The notes under the pieces: model-generated
The model's input: the letters and a program-made list of their open reading frames with translations, nothing else
The model's database searches: none
Told to the model about the DNA's origin: nothing
Source of the DNA: Syntrophales bacterium
GTDB taxonomy: Bacteria > Desulfobacterota > Syntrophia > Syntrophales > UBA6109
Length of the DNA: 64,000 nt
Direction of reading: 5' to 3'
NCBI GenBank assembly: GCA_035366835.1
Contig: DAOSIS010000002.1
Coordinates: forward strand, 113,208 to 177,207
Shown: positions 36,095 to 46,573 of the stretch, piece after piece
How positions within the stretch are numbered: position 1 is the stretch's first letter
Layout: every line of letters begins with the position of its first letter
Position numbers and translations under genes: made by a program

Positions 36095-38647
36095 ATGATC
36101 TATCCTTTTCCCCATACGAACAGGCCCCTCGTGCCCGTCGCGCTTGCCTTCGCCGTCGGGATTTTCGCCGCGTACCGCTTCGAATGGAGCCTTTCCCTTC
36201 TCTGCTGCTCACTCCTTCTTGAACTGGTCTTCCTGCTCCTGGCGTTCCGCTGCCGGCGCGACTGGCTTTGGGGATTGCTGTTGATCGGCTTCTTTCTCCT
36301 GGGAGGCGCGGGGTTCGCCTTTTCCGACTACAGGGCCTGTTCCGCACCGCCGAGCCCCGACCCATCCTCCGATCGGGCCGCCCGCCTGCAGGGCCTGGTC
36401 GCGTGCGTACCGGAACGGTGGCCCGACCGGACGGAGCTGACGATCGATCTCCAGGGCGTCGTACGACGGGAGGGCTCGCTTGCGCCTCTCCGGGGGCGGA
36501 TCCGGCTTGCCGTCGCCGGCCACGGACCGTGGATGTACGGCGACCTCGTCCGTTTCGAAACCCGGCTGAAGCCGCTCGCGGGGCTGAGCAATCCCGGGGT
36601 TTTCAGGCGATCCGAGAAACTGCGGTGGGCCGGCATTTCCGCACGCGCTTTCGTGCCGGAGCCGTCCGGCGTCGCCGTCGTGAGAAGGAATCAGGCGAAC
36701 GGATTTCTTTTCGCCCTGGAGCGTTTCCGGGAAGAGATCCGCGAATGCGTCCACCGCCACGCCGCCTCTCCGGAACGCGAGATGATTTCCGCGATGATCC
36801 TGGGGGCGCAGCAGGAGATCCCCCGCGACATCGTCGACCTCTTCAACCGGACGGGGACATCCCACATCATCGCCATCTCCGGGTTCAATGTCGGCATCGT
36901 CGCACTGGTCTGGATCTTTCTCGCCCGGTCGCTGCTGTCCCTCTCGACCGCGCTCCTCCTGAGGATCGATGCAGTCCGCCTCTCCTACGCCCTTGCCCTG
37001 CCGCCGGTGCTGATGTTCGCCCTGATTGCGGGAATGGGGATCTCCGTCGTGCGGGCGACCATCATGGCCGTCATCTTTCTGTGTGCCCTCCTGCTGGGGC
37101 GGGAGCGGGATCTCTTCAACAGCCTGGCCTTGGCGGCGATCGTCATTCTCGCCGCCTCTCCGCCTTCTCTTTTCGACGTCTCCTTCCAGTTGTCCTTTGC
37201 CGCCGTCGCCGCCATCCTCTTTGGCGCGCCGCCGCTCTCCGCGCGCCTGAGGTCCGCGGACGCCGCTGCAGGCCCCGGGCCGGATCATCCCTGGCGGCGC
37301 TGGCGCACCCGCCTGGCGGTCTTCGCGGTGGTCACGATTGTCGCGACGGCCGGCACCCTCCCGCTCATCGCCTATCACTTCAACCGCGTCTCGGCGACGG
37401 TGCTGGTCGCCAATTTCGCGGTGATCCCGATTCTCGGGTTCCTGGCGATTCCCCTGTCCATGGGCATTGCGGTTCTCGCGCCGCTGTCCGAATTCCTCGC
37501 CGCCCAGCTGATTTCGGTCGTCGCCTTTCTCGTTCACATCTCGGTCGCCATCGTGCGCTACTTCGCCCTGCTGCCGTGGTCCTCATTCACCGTAGGCACG
37601 CCGACCCCGGCCGAGATCGCCGGCTACTACCTTTTCTTCACCACGGCCATCGGCACGCTGGAGAGAAAAGGCGCCGCGGCCGAAGAGGCGGCTGCCCGCA
37701 CGGTGACGTCCCGCCGCCGGGTGCTTCTTCTGGGTCTTGCGATGTTCTTCGCCGCCGACGTCCTGTACTGGAGCGTCGTCCGCGATCGCCTGAACGACCG
37801 GCTGGAAGCGACGTTTTTCGATGTCGGCCATGGCAGCGCCGCCCTGCTGTCTCTGCCGGGAGGCTTTGCCGTGCTGGTGGACGGCGGTGGCGCGGAAGCG
37901 GAAAAGGACGCCTTCGACAGCGGACGCCACATCCTCCTCCCTTTCCTGAGGCGCCAGCGGATCGGCAGGATCGACCTCCTCATCGTCACCCATCCCCACC
38001 CCGATCATCTCAACGGCCTCGTGACCGTCCTGGAAGAATTCCCCGTCCGGGAGATCTGGACCAACGGCAGACGGGAAGGCGGGGAATACCAGGACCGTTT
38101 TCACCTGCTGGCGTCCTCGCGCGGGATTCCCGTCCGGTCCTTCGACGCCTCGAAACCCGCCCGCGTCATCAACGGTGTTGAGATCCGCCCCCTCAATCCC
38201 CAGGCCCCCCTGCCGGTCGCGGCGGCGGCCAGGCGCACCTACGATGCCGTCAACGACGAGTCGCTGGTTCTCAGGGTTTCGTACGGGAAGCACTCGATCC
38301 TCCTGCCGGCGGACATCTCCGCAGGCGTGGAGCAGCGACTGATCGCCGGGGGTGCGGACCTCCGCAGCGACGTCCTGCTCGTCCCGCATCACGGCGGCGC
38401 ATCGTCCAGCAGTCCGGCTTTTCTCCGCGCCGTTCAGCCGCGCATCGCCGTCGTCAGCTGCGGCCGACTGAACCGTATTCGCCTTCCCCATCCGATCGTG
38501 GTGGAACGTTTTTCGGCCCATCCCTGCGTGCTCCTGCGGACCGACCGCGACGGGGCCGTCATGATGTCGACGGACGGGCAGACCCTCCGCTGCCGCACGA
38601 TGGGCAAGAGCGACAGGGGCCGATTCAACGAATTCCTGTTGCATTAG
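36095..38647 (+). CDS. comEC: DNA internalization competence protein ComEC/Rec2 (with C-terminal metallo-beta-lactamase domain)
   Basis: 850 aa. Polytopic competence domain (GTSHIIAISGFNVG) and an MBL domain (LIVTHPHPDHLNG). Confidence 0.9.
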   Translation: MIYPFPHTNRPLVPVALAFAVGIFAAYRFEWSLSLLCCSLLLELVFLLLAFRCRRDWLWGLLLIGFFLLGGAGFAFSDYRACSAPPSPDPSSDRAARLQGLVACVPERWPDRTELTIDLQGVVRREGSLAPLRGRIRLAVAGHGPWMYGDLVRFETRLKPLAGLSNPGVFRRSEKLRWAGISARAFVPEPSGVAVVRRNQANGFLFALERFREEIRECVHRHAASPEREMISAMILGAQQEIPRDIVDLFNRTGTSHIIAISGFNVGIVALVWIFLARSLLSLSTALLLRIDAVRLSYALALPPVLMFALIAGMGISVVRATIMAVIFLCALLLGRERDLFNSLALAAIVILAASPPSLFDVSFQLSFAAVAAILFGAPPLSARLRSADAAAGPGPDHPWRRWRTRLAVFAVVTIVATAGTLPLIAYHFNRVSATVLVANFAVIPILGFLAIPLSMGIAVLAPLSEFLAAQLISVVAFLVHISVAIVRYFALLPWSSFTVGTPTPAEIAGYYLFFTTAIGTLERKGAAAEEAAARTVTSRRRVLLLGLAMFFAADVLYWSVVRDRLNDRLEATFFDVGHGSAALLSLPGGFAVLVDGGGAEAEKDAFDSGRHILLPFLRRQRIGRIDLLIVTHPHPDHLNGLVTVLEEFPVREIWTNGRREGGEYQDRFHLLASSRGIPVRSFDASKPARVINGVEIRPLNPQAPLPVAAAARRTYDAVNDESLVLRVSYGKHSILLPADISAGVEQRLIAGGADLRSDVLLVPHHGGASSSSPAFLRAVQPRIAVVSCGRLNRIRLPHPIVVERFSAHPCVLLRTDRDGAVMMSTDGQTLRCRTMGKSDRGRFNEFLLH

Positions 38648-38706
38648 AAACACTTTCTGTGTTATCGGACGCGACTTGCAGGGCCGCATCGGCGGAAAGT
38701 GGGGAT

Positions 38707-39969
38707 ATGGAAAAACTGACGGCAGTCCGGGGTTTCAAAGACATCCTCCCGGAAGAAACGGGCCGGTGGCGCCAGGTCGAACAGACGGCGCACGAGGTCT
38801 TCAAGTCTTTCGGTTTTCGGGAAATCCGGGTCCCCATCCTCGAAAAGACGGATCTGTTCGTCCGGGGCATCGGGGAGACCACGGACATCGTGGAAAAGGA
38901 AATGTACACCTTCTCGGACAAGGGGGAGGAGTCGCTGACGCTTCGCCCGGAGGCGACGGCCTCCGTGGTCCGCGCCTACCTGGAGCACGGCCTCTTCCAT
39001 GAGTCCGTGTCCAAACTCTATACGATGGGCCCCATGTTCCGCCGCGAAAGGCCCCAGAAAGGCCGCTTCCGGCAGTTTCACCAGATCGACGTGGAGCACC
39101 TGGGCACCGAGCATCCCCGCATCGACGCGGAGATCATGCTCATGCTCGTGCATTACCTCCAGCGGCTCGGCCTGCAGGCCCTGTCCCTGGAGATCAATTC
39201 CCTCGGGTGCGCCGTCTGCCGTCCCGATTTCAAGAAGGCCGTCGTCGCTTTCTTTGCCGGCCGCGAAGCGGGACTCTGCGCCGACTGCACGCGCCGTCTC
39301 CGGACGAATCCGCTGCGCATCTTCGACTGCAAAACGGAGGCTTGCCGTCAGATCACCGCGGACGCCCCGAAGCTCTCCGATCACCTTTGCGCGCCCTGCA
39401 GGGAGCATTTCGACGCCGTGCGGAAATCCCTCGACATTTTCGCGCTTCCCTACCGGATCAACGAACGCATGGTACGGGGTCTCGACTACTATTGCCGGAC
39501 CGCCTTCGAGATCACGACGGAGCACCTCGGCGCCCAGAACGCGGTCGCAGGCGGCGGGCGTTACGACGGGCTGGTTCGCGACCTCGGCGGACCGGATATC
39601 CCGGGGATCGGTTTCGCCATCGGCATGGAGCGCCTGATCTCCCTGCTCCCCGATCAGGATGACGGACCGGGGCGGAGTCTGGACCTCTTCGTGGCCGCGA
39701 TCGGAGAGAAGGCGCAGGAAGTCGCCTACGGGATCTGCAACCGTCTCCGCATGCGCGGGCTCTCCGTGGAAATGGAAATCGGCGGCAAGAGCCTCAAGAG
39801 CCAGATGAAAAGGGCCGACCGGCTCGGGTGCCGCTATACCCTGATCCTGGGTGAAAACGAGCTCGCGCAGGGCAGCGCCGGTCTGCGGGATATGAAAAGC
39901 GCCGCGCAGTCGAGCGTGCCGCTCCCGGGGATCGAGGACACTGTCACGGACCATCTTCGAGCGAGGTGA
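38707..39969 (+). CDS. hisS: Histidine--tRNA ligase
   Basis: Start at MEKLTAVRGFKDILPEE (ATG 38707). Class II motifs (FRRERPQKGRFRQFHQ, GGGRYDGL). Confidence 0.95.
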   Translation: MEKLTAVRGFKDILPEETGRWRQVEQTAHEVFKSFGFREIRVPILEKTDLFVRGIGETTDIVEKEMYTFSDKGEESLTLRPEATASVVRAYLEHGLFHESVSKLYTMGPMFRRERPQKGRFRQFHQIDVEHLGTEHPRIDAEIMLMLVHYLQRLGLQALSLEINSLGCAVCRPDFKKAVVAFFAGREAGLCADCTRRLRTNPLRIFDCKTEACRQITADAPKLSDHLCAPCREHFDAVRKSLDIFALPYRINERMVRGLDYYCRTAFEITTEHLGAQNAVAGGGRYDGLVRDLGGPDIPGIGFAIGMERLISLLPDQDDGPGRSLDLFVAAIGEKAQEVAYGICNRLRMRGLSVEMEIGGKSLKSQMKRADRLGCRYTLILGENELAQGSAGLRDMKSAAQSSVPLPGIEDTVTDHLRAR

Positions 39970-39975
39970 GGAAAG

Positions 39976-41751
39976 TTGGCTGAATTCATTACGGGTCTAA
40001 AGAGAAGCCATTACTGCGGCGATGTGACCGCCGCCCTGGACGGCCGGGAGGTGGTGCTGATGGGCTGGGCCCACCGCCGGAGGGATCACGGCGGCGTCAT
40101 CTTCATCGACCTGCGGGACCGCGAAGGCCTCGTTCAGGTCGTCTTCAATCCCGACGTTGCTCCGGACGCCCACCGCGATGCGCACCGCATCCGCAGCGAA
40201 TACGTGCTCGCCGTGGCCGGAACCGTGCGCCGACGGCCAGCGGGGATGGAGAATCCCGATCTGAAGACCGGCGAGATCGAGGTCATGGCGGGACGGCTGG
40301 AAATCCTCAACGAGTCGAAGACGCCGCCCTTCCTCCTCGATGCGCAGGAAGAGATCTCGGAAAACGTCCGCCTGAAGTACCGCTACCTCGATCTCCGCAG
40401 GCCCGCCCTGCAGAGGAACCTCTTCCTCCGCAGCCGCGTGGCGGGGGAAACGAGGTCCTTTTTCCAGCGGGAAGGCTTCATCGAAGTGGAAACCCCCTTT
40501 CTGACGAAGAGCACGCCCGAAGGGGCGCGGGACTACCTGGTCCCCAGCCGCGTCAACAAGGGGATGTTCTACGCGCTTCCCCAGTCGCCGCAGATCTTCA
40601 AGCAGCTGCTCATGGTTTCCGGCTTCGACCGCTACTTCCAGATCGTGAAGTGCTTCCGCGATGAAGACCTCCGCGCGGACCGGCAGCCCGAGTTCACGCA
40701 GATCGACGTCGAGATGTCGTTTGTCTCGGAGGAAGACATCCTCTCGACGATGGAGAGGATGATCGCCCATGTGTTCCGGACCTGCCTCGGCAGGGAGTTG
40801 CCCCTGCCCTTCCCCAGGATTTCGTATCGCAGGGCCATGGACTGTTACGGAAAGGACTGCCCGGATCTGCGCTACGGGCTGGAAATTCAGGACCTCACGG
40901 ATATCGTCGGCAAATCGGCGTTCAATCTCTTCCGGGAGGTCGCCGACTCGGGAGGCCTGATCCGGACGATCCGCATCCCCGACGCGGCCGCCCTTTCGCG
41001 GAAGGACCTCGACGGACTGAAGGACTTCGGGGCGGCCTACGGAGCCAAGGGACTCGCCTGGGCGAGAATCTCCGCCGAGGGCTGGACCTCTCCCATCGCG
41101 AAGTTCCTGAGCCCCGAGGAGATCGGACGGATCAATGAGCGGTCCGGGTCGAAACCGGGGGACGTGCTGGTTTTTTCGGCCGACACGCGCAGAGTCGTGC
41201 AGGACGTCCTCGGCAACCTCCGGATCCACCTTGCCCGGAAGCTGAACCTCGTCGGTGCGGATCAGCTGGCCTTCACCTGGGTCACGGAATTTCCTCTCAT
41301 GGAGTACAGCGAGTCGGAAAAGAGGTACGTGTCGACGCACCACCCCTTTACGTCGCCGGTGCTGGAGGACCTGCCCTTCCTGGAAACCGATCCGGGCAAG
41401 GTGCGGGCCCGCGCCTACGATCTGGTCCTCAACGGCTCCGAAGTCGGCGGCGGCAGCATCCGGATTCACCGCCAGGACGTTCAGGCGAGGATCTTCAAGG
41501 CACTGGGACTCGGCGAGGAGGATGCCCGGATGAAGTTCGGATTCCTGCTCGACGCCCTCGAGTACGGCACGCCGCCGCACGGAGGGATTGCCTTCGGCCT
41601 GGACCGGCTGGTCATGATCATGAGCGGCGCGGAATCGATCCGCGACGTCATCGCCTTCCCGAAGACGCAGAAGGCGACCTGCCTGCTGACCGATGCACCG
41701 TCGCCCGTCGCCATCGAGCAGTTGATGGAGCTGTCCCTGAAGATCGTGTAA
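39976..41751 (+). CDS. aspS: Aspartate--tRNA ligase
   Basis: 591 aa. TTG start behind GAGGTGAGGA. Motifs [18 protein letters not shown] and GGGSIRIH. Confidence 0.95.
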   Translation: MAEFITGLKRSHYCGDVTAALDGREVVLMGWAHRRRDHGGVIFIDLRDREGLVQVVFNPDVAPDAHRDAHRIRSEYVLAVAGTVRRRPAGMENPDLKTGEIEVMAGRLEILNESKTPPFLLDAQEEISENVRLKYRYLDLRRPALQRNLFLRSRVAGETRSFFQREGFIEVETPFLTKSTPEGARDYLVPSRVNKGMFYALPQSPQIFKQLLMVSGFDRYFQIVKCFRDEDLRADRQPEFTQIDVEMSFVSEEDILSTMERMIAHVFRTCLGRELPLPFPRISYRRAMDCYGKDCPDLRYGLEIQDLTDIVGKSAFNLFREVADSGGLIRTIRIPDAAALSRKDLDGLKDFGAAYGAKGLAWARISAEGWTSPIAKFLSPEEIGRINERSGSKPGDVLVFSADTRRVVQDVLGNLRIHLARKLNLVGADQLAFTWVTEFPLMEYSESEKRYVSTHHPFTSPVLEDLPFLETDPGKVRARAYDLVLNGSEVGGGSIRIHRQDVQARIFKALGLGEEDARMKFGFLLDALEYGTPPHGGIAFGLDRLVMIMSGAESIRDVIAFPKTQKATCLLTDAPSPVAIEQLMELSLKIV

Positions 41752-41922
41752 CGCACGCGGAGTCCTTCGAGAGATTGCGCGGGCGATCGCGACGGGGCGG
41801 CTCCCGAGCGGAAACACCGCGGACGCCGGTTGCCGGCGACCGTCTTTTTGTCCGGCGCAGTTCATCGCCCTTCTCTGTCTTCCTTCCCGATCGCGCCTGA
41901 AGATTCTCCCGGGAGAACGACC

Positions 41923-43812
41923 ATGGCCAAATGGAACAAGGAAAAGAGGGTCCTCGATCACGAGCACACGAATTTCTGGAAGTTCGACCTCAAGGAGGTC
42001 GGCGAACCGAACCTCCAGAAGGACGTCTTCCCCTACGACGAGGTCTGCCGCATCGACTTCGATCACCGGCTGCTTCCGATCGACCCGGCCGCAGAGATTT
42101 TCATCACCGACACGACCTTTCGCGACGGGCAGCAGGCGCGGCCCCCCTACAGCGTCCGGCAGATCGTCGAGCTGTACACGCTGATGGGCAGGCTGGGCGG
42201 CCCCAACGGCGTCATCCGCCAGAGCGAATTCTTTCTGTACAGCGGCAAGGATCGCGAGGCGGTGGACCGGTGCCGGGACCTGGGCCTGGCCTATCCGGAA
42301 ATCACCGGCTGGATCCGCGCCGACCGGAACGACGCCGGACTGGTCAAGGAAGCGGGGTTCGCGGAGACCGGCATCCTCACCTCCGTCTCCGACTACCACA
42401 TCTTCCTCAAGCTTCAGAAGACGCGGCGGCAGGCGATGGGGGATTACCTGCGCGTCGTGACGACGATCCTCGAGGCGGGCATTCGCCCGCGGTGCCACTT
42501 CGAGGACTTGACGCGCGCCGACATCTACGGCTTCTGCATTCCTTTCGCCCAGGAACTCATGAAACTGCGCGCCCAGAGCGGCATCGACATCAAGATCCGC
42601 CTCTGCGACACCATGGGATACGGCGTGACCTATCCGGGCGCCTCCCTGCCGCGGAGCGTGGACAAACTGGTGCGGGCCTTCATCGAAGATGCCGGGGTGC
42701 CCGGCCGTCTCCTCGAGTGGCACGGGCACAACGACTTCCACAGGGCCTTCAACAACGCCTCCAGCGCCTGGCTCTTCGGCTGCGCCGCCGCCAATGCGAC
42801 CCTGCTGGGACTGGGCGAGAGGACCGGGAATCCTCCCCTCGAGGGCCTGATCATCGAGTATATCCAGCTCCGCGGCCGCACGGACGGCATCGACACGACC
42901 GTCATCACGGACATCGCGAATTACTTCCAGCGGGAGATCGGGGTGCGGATCCCCGAAAACTATCCCTTCGTCGGGGCCGAGTTCAACGTCACCCGGGCCG
43001 GCGTCCATGCCGACGGGCTCATCAAATCCGAGGAGATCTACAACATCTTCGATACCGCGAAGCTCCTGAAGCGGCCCATCGTCCCGATGATCACCGACAA
43101 GTCCGGGAAGGCGGGCATCTCCCACTGGATCAACCTGAAGCTGGGCCTTTCCGGCGATCATGCGATCGACAAGCGCCATCCGGGTGTGGCCAAGATCTCC
43201 AAGTGGATCGCGGAGGAATACGAAGCCGGGCGGCAGACGGGCATCTCCAACGAGGAAATGGAAAAGCGGGTGCGCAAGTACCTTCCGGAGCTCTTCATGT
43301 CCGGGCTGGAGAAGATCAAGCACAGGGCGGCTGAAGCCGCGATCGCCGTGGTGCGCCAGGTCGTGGAACACCCCGTCATGAAGACCATGAAGCCGGATGC
43401 CCAGGAACCGATCATGCAGCAGATCATCGAGGAGAACCCGTCCATCCAGTTCGCCTACGTCGTCGACATGAATGGCCGCAAGACGACGCGCAACGTCACC
43501 AACATCGCGGACCGTGCGAAATACGAGAACTACGGCGTCGGAACGGACCAGTCCGACCGCGAGTGGTTCATCCGCCCGCTCCAGTCGGGCAAGATCCACG
43601 TCACCAATTTCTACATTTCGAAGATGACGGGTGCGCTGTGCTTCACCGTTTCCGGCCCGATTGCGGACGACAGGGACGAGATGGTGGGCGTCTTCGGCGT
43701 GGACATCAAATTCGAGGACTGGGTGCGGCGCGTGGAGGATATCGCCGAGGCGACGCAGATCGCCCTCCGCGCCGAGTACGAGGCCCGGGACAAGTCGGAC
43801 AAGTGGATGTAG
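41923..43812 (+). CDS. HMGL/DRE-TIM family Claisen-condensing enzyme (Re-citrate/homocitrate/isopropylmalate-synthase-like) fused to a C-terminal Cache/PAS-like domain
   Basis: Start at MAKWNKEKRV (ATG 41923); 629 aa. ITDTTFRDGQQ and EWHGHNDFH metal-site motifs. The C-terminal part (aa about 505-600) reads FAYVVDMNGRK...SDREWF...VTNFYISKMTGALCFTVSGPI...MVGVFGVDIKF, which is Cache-like. Confidence 0.8.
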   Translation: MAKWNKEKRVLDHEHTNFWKFDLKEVGEPNLQKDVFPYDEVCRIDFDHRLLPIDPAAEIFITDTTFRDGQQARPPYSVRQIVELYTLMGRLGGPNGVIRQSEFFLYSGKDREAVDRCRDLGLAYPEITGWIRADRNDAGLVKEAGFAETGILTSVSDYHIFLKLQKTRRQAMGDYLRVVTTILEAGIRPRCHFEDLTRADIYGFCIPFAQELMKLRAQSGIDIKIRLCDTMGYGVTYPGASLPRSVDKLVRAFIEDAGVPGRLLEWHGHNDFHRAFNNASSAWLFGCAAANATLLGLGERTGNPPLEGLIIEYIQLRGRTDGIDTTVITDIANYFQREIGVRIPENYPFVGAEFNVTRAGVHADGLIKSEEIYNIFDTAKLLKRPIVPMITDKSGKAGISHWINLKLGLSGDHAIDKRHPGVAKISKWIAEEYEAGRQTGISNEEMEKRVRKYLPELFMSGLEKIKHRAAEAAIAVVRQVVEHPVMKTMKPDAQEPIMQQIIEENPSIQFAYVVDMNGRKTTRNVTNIADRAKYENYGVGTDQSDREWFIRPLQSGKIHVTNFYISKMTGALCFTVSGPIADDRDEMVGVFGVDIKFEDWVRRVEDIAEATQIALRAEYEARDKSDKWM

Positions 43813-43822
43813 AGGGAACGCG

Positions 43823-45787
43823 CTACTCCTCGAACAGGACCCACTCCTCGTAAGGCGGCGCGGAACGGTCCGGCGAGGAGAGCGTCAGTTCGCGGATGAA
43901 ACGCGACGGCGAAACCGGGGCGTACCCCACTTCCCGCGCGTAGGTGCAGGCGGGGTAGCAGAGGTAGAGCTGGTCCTTCGCCCGCGTCGCCGCGACGTAG
44001 AAGAGCCGGCGCTCCTCTTCCTCGCCTTCCGCCTCCTTCAGGGCCCTGGCCAGCGGCAGCATCCCTTCGGCGCACCACACCATCAGGACGGCCGTCCATT
44101 CGAGCCCCTTGGCCTGATGGATCGTGCTCAGGGTCACGCGGTCCGGACCGTCGTCCCCTTCGTCTTCCCCCTCCCCCTCGTCCGTGTTCGCCAGCAGCGC
44201 CAGTTCGCCCAGGAAATCCTCCAGCGATGCATAGCGGTCCGAGAAGGAGGCGAGCTGATGGATGTCGTCCTCCCGCGAGAGGTAGTCCGTGAAGCGCTCC
44301 TGCATGAGGCCGCGGTACCCTTCGTCGAGGATCGCGTCGACGAGGGCTGAGACCTTCCCTTCCGACCGCTTCGCCAGGAGGCGCTGCAGGGTGCTGCTGC
44401 AGGCGGCAAGGCCCGGCGCAGCACCCTTTCCCGCGCAGGAAAGGAATTTCTCGCCGCGTAGGGCCTCCGGAAGCCCCGGATTGGCCCGGAGGAACTTCCA
44501 GGCCTTCTCGGCCGTGGCCCTGCCGATGCGCGGGTACAGACCGAGAACCCTCTTCCAGGCGATCTCGTCCAGGGGGTTCAGGAGAATGCGGAGATGGGCC
44601 GTCACGTCCTTGATGTGGGCCTGCTCGAAGAAGCGGATCCCCGATCGGATCTCGAAGGGGATCCCGCGCCGGACCAGCTCCATCTGGACCTCCATCGAGT
44701 GATAGTGGGCCCGGTAGAGTACGGCGATCTCCCGCAGCGACAGGCCGCTGCGATGCAGTTCCAGGATCCGCTGGGCGACGAAGTCCGCCTGCTGGAGGAC
44801 ATTCCGCGTCGGCACCACAACGGGCCGGATGCCCCTGTCGCGGACGGCCTTCAGGACCTTGTGAAACTGCCGGTCGTTGCGGACGATGCACAGGTTCGCC
44901 AGGTGCAGGATCTCCGGCGTGCTCCGGTAGTTGGTTTCCAGCTTGAAGATCCGGCAATCCTTGTAGCGCTCGGGAAAGTGCAGGATGTTCCGGAAATCGG
45001 CGCCCCGGAAGGAGTAGATGCTCTGGGAATCGTCCCCGACGACCATCAGGTTGCGGTGGCGCGCCGCGAGCAGATCGACGATGTCGGCTTGAAGCATGTT
45101 CGTGTCCTGATACTCGTCGACGAGGATATGAAGAAAACGCTCGGCGTAGCGCGAGGCGACTTCCGGAAACTCGCGCAGGAGCCGGCGGGCCTGCACGAGC
45201 AGATCGTCGAAGTCCATGACACCGACTTCGCGTTTCCTGGCCTCATACCGGCGGGCCACCTCGCGGATCTTCTCGAATCGATCCTGCAGATGGGAATATC
45301 TGGCCGGGAGAATCGCATCGAGCCCCGTATCCGTGTTCGCCGACAGGCTGATGATGTCGCCCAGGACGTCCGCCTTGGGGAATCGGTCGCCCTTCACGTC
45401 GATTCCGGAGGCCGCGATGCACGAGGCGATCATCTGCCTGGCGTCTTCCGCGTCGATGATGGAGAAATTCGCCGGATAGCCCAGAAGGCCGGCGTTGCCG
45501 CGGAGGATGCGATGGCTGAGGTGATGGAAGGTCCCGCCCCAGAGCCGCTCCGTCGGGACAGCGGCGATTTCCCTTACCCGGGCCAGCATCGTCCGGGCGG
45601 CCTTGTTGGTGAATGTGGCCAGGACGATGCGTTCGGGAGGGACGCCCGTTTCGATCAGCCGCGCCACGCGGTGGGTGAGCGTCCGCGTCTTCCCGCTGCC
45701 GGCCCCCGCGATCACCAGCAGAGGCCCTCCGGGCTCCATGACCACGCGGAGCTGTTCGCTGTTCAGCTCCCGCCTGTAATCGATCAT
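43823..45787 (-). CDS. uvrD: ATP-dependent DNA helicase, UvrD/PcrA/Rep family
   Basis: Start at MIDYRRELNSEQ (ATG 45787), which overlaps the adk stop as ATGA. Motifs AGAGSGKT, VDEYQDTN, YSFRGA, TIHQAKGLEW. Confidence 0.9.
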   Translation of the reverse strand: MIDYRRELNSEQLRVVMEPGGPLLVIAGAGSGKTRTLTHRVARLIETGVPPERIVLATFTNKAARTMLARVREIAAVPTERLWGGTFHHLSHRILRGNAGLLGYPANFSIIDAEDARQMIASCIAASGIDVKGDRFPKADVLGDIISLSANTDTGLDAILPARYSHLQDRFEKIREVARRYEARKREVGVMDFDDLLVQARRLLREFPEVASRYAERFLHILVDEYQDTNMLQADIVDLLAARHRNLMVVGDDSQSIYSFRGADFRNILHFPERYKDCRIFKLETNYRSTPEILHLANLCIVRNDRQFHKVLKAVRDRGIRPVVVPTRNVLQQADFVAQRILELHRSGLSLREIAVLYRAHYHSMEVQMELVRRGIPFEIRSGIRFFEQAHIKDVTAHLRILLNPLDEIAWKRVLGLYPRIGRATAEKAWKFLRANPGLPEALRGEKFLSCAGKGAAPGLAACSSTLQRLLAKRSEGKVSALVDAILDEGYRGLMQERFTDYLSREDDIHQLASFSDRYASLEDFLGELALLANTDEGEGEDEGDDGPDRVTLSTIHQAKGLEWTAVLMVWCAEGMLPLARALKEAEGEEEERRLFYVAATRAKDQLYLCYPACTYAREVGYAPVSPSRFIRELTLSSPDRSAPPYEEWVLFEE

Positions 45788-46431
45788 CTCCCCAGTGCTT
45801 TCCGGATTTCTGCGACCGTTTCCCTGCTGTTGATCGAGGCGAAGTTCCGGAGCAATCCTTCCTTCTCGTAGAAACCGATCAGCGGGGCCGTCTTCTTGCC
45901 GTACGTCTCGAGGCGGAACAGGATCGCTTCTTCCGTCTCGTCGTCGCGCTGGACGACCGGGCTTCCGCACTTCCGGCATTTGCCGTCGGGCGTCGGCGGA
46001 TTGCTCTTCACATTGTAGATCTCCTGGCAGGCCGCGTTGGAGCAGGTCCTGCGCGTCGTGAGGCGGTCGAGGACGACCTCACGCGGCACTTCGAGGTTCG
46101 CCACGAAATCCAGGCGGATCCCCAGCTTTCCCATCAGGATCTTCAGCGCCTCCGCCTGCGGGATCGTGCGCGGGAATCCGTCCAGGATGAAGCCCTTCGC
46201 GCAGTCCTTCTGCTGGAGCCGCTCTCCCATCAGCTGCATGATCAGCGTATCCGGGACGAGGTCGCCGCGGTCCATGAAGTCCTTGGCCTTCCTGCCCAGG
46301 TCCGTACCGTCCTTCACGGCGGCGCGAAGGATATCTCCCGTAGAGATCTGCACCGATCCGTCCACTTCCGCCAGCATCTTCGCCACGGTCCCCTTCCCCG
46401 CGCCCGGGGCGCCCAAGAGTATCAATTTCAT
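45784..46431 (-). CDS. adk: Adenylate kinase (zinc-lid type)
   Basis: 215 aa. MKLILLGAPGAGKGT start and a lid with CSNAAC...CRKCG. The upstream part of the 329-aa track ORF is non-coding. Confidence 0.95.
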   Translation of the reverse strand: MKLILLGAPGAGKGTVAKMLAEVDGSVQISTGDILRAAVKDGTDLGRKAKDFMDRGDLVPDTLIMQLMGERLQQKDCAKGFILDGFPRTIPQAEALKILMGKLGIRLDFVANLEVPREVVLDRLTTRRTCSNAACQEIYNVKSNPPTPDGKCRKCGSPVVQRDDETEEAILFRLETYGKKTAPLIGFYEKEGLLRNFASINSRETVAEIRKALGR

Positions 46432-46518
46432 ACGTACCTCCGCATGGGTTGTCTTCAGAGAGGGAGCGAATATAGGGGAATTTGCGCCCCTGGTCAAGGC
46501 AATCGTCGATAAAGGAAT

Positions 46519-46548
46519 TTGACAGGCAACCGGGGGAACCGTTATAGT
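46519..46548 (+). promoter_or_regulatory. Sigma70-type promoter candidate: TTGACA-18 nt-TATAGT
   Basis: TTGACA at 46519-46524 and TATAGT at 46543-46548, about 25 nt upstream of the ATG at 46574. Confidence 0.35.
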
Positions 46549-46573
46549 CCTGCCGCTTCTGGATGGAGGTTCC

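Noticed and set aside
39997-43599. A 1200-aa ORF on the minus strand spanning aspS, the intergenic region and most of the HMGL-Cache gene.
   Set aside because: It is antisense to two genes with unmistakable family signatures. The translation is Arg/Gly/Asp/Pro-rich and low-complexity, with no recognisable domain. This is a typical stop-free shadow frame of GC3-rich coding DNA.
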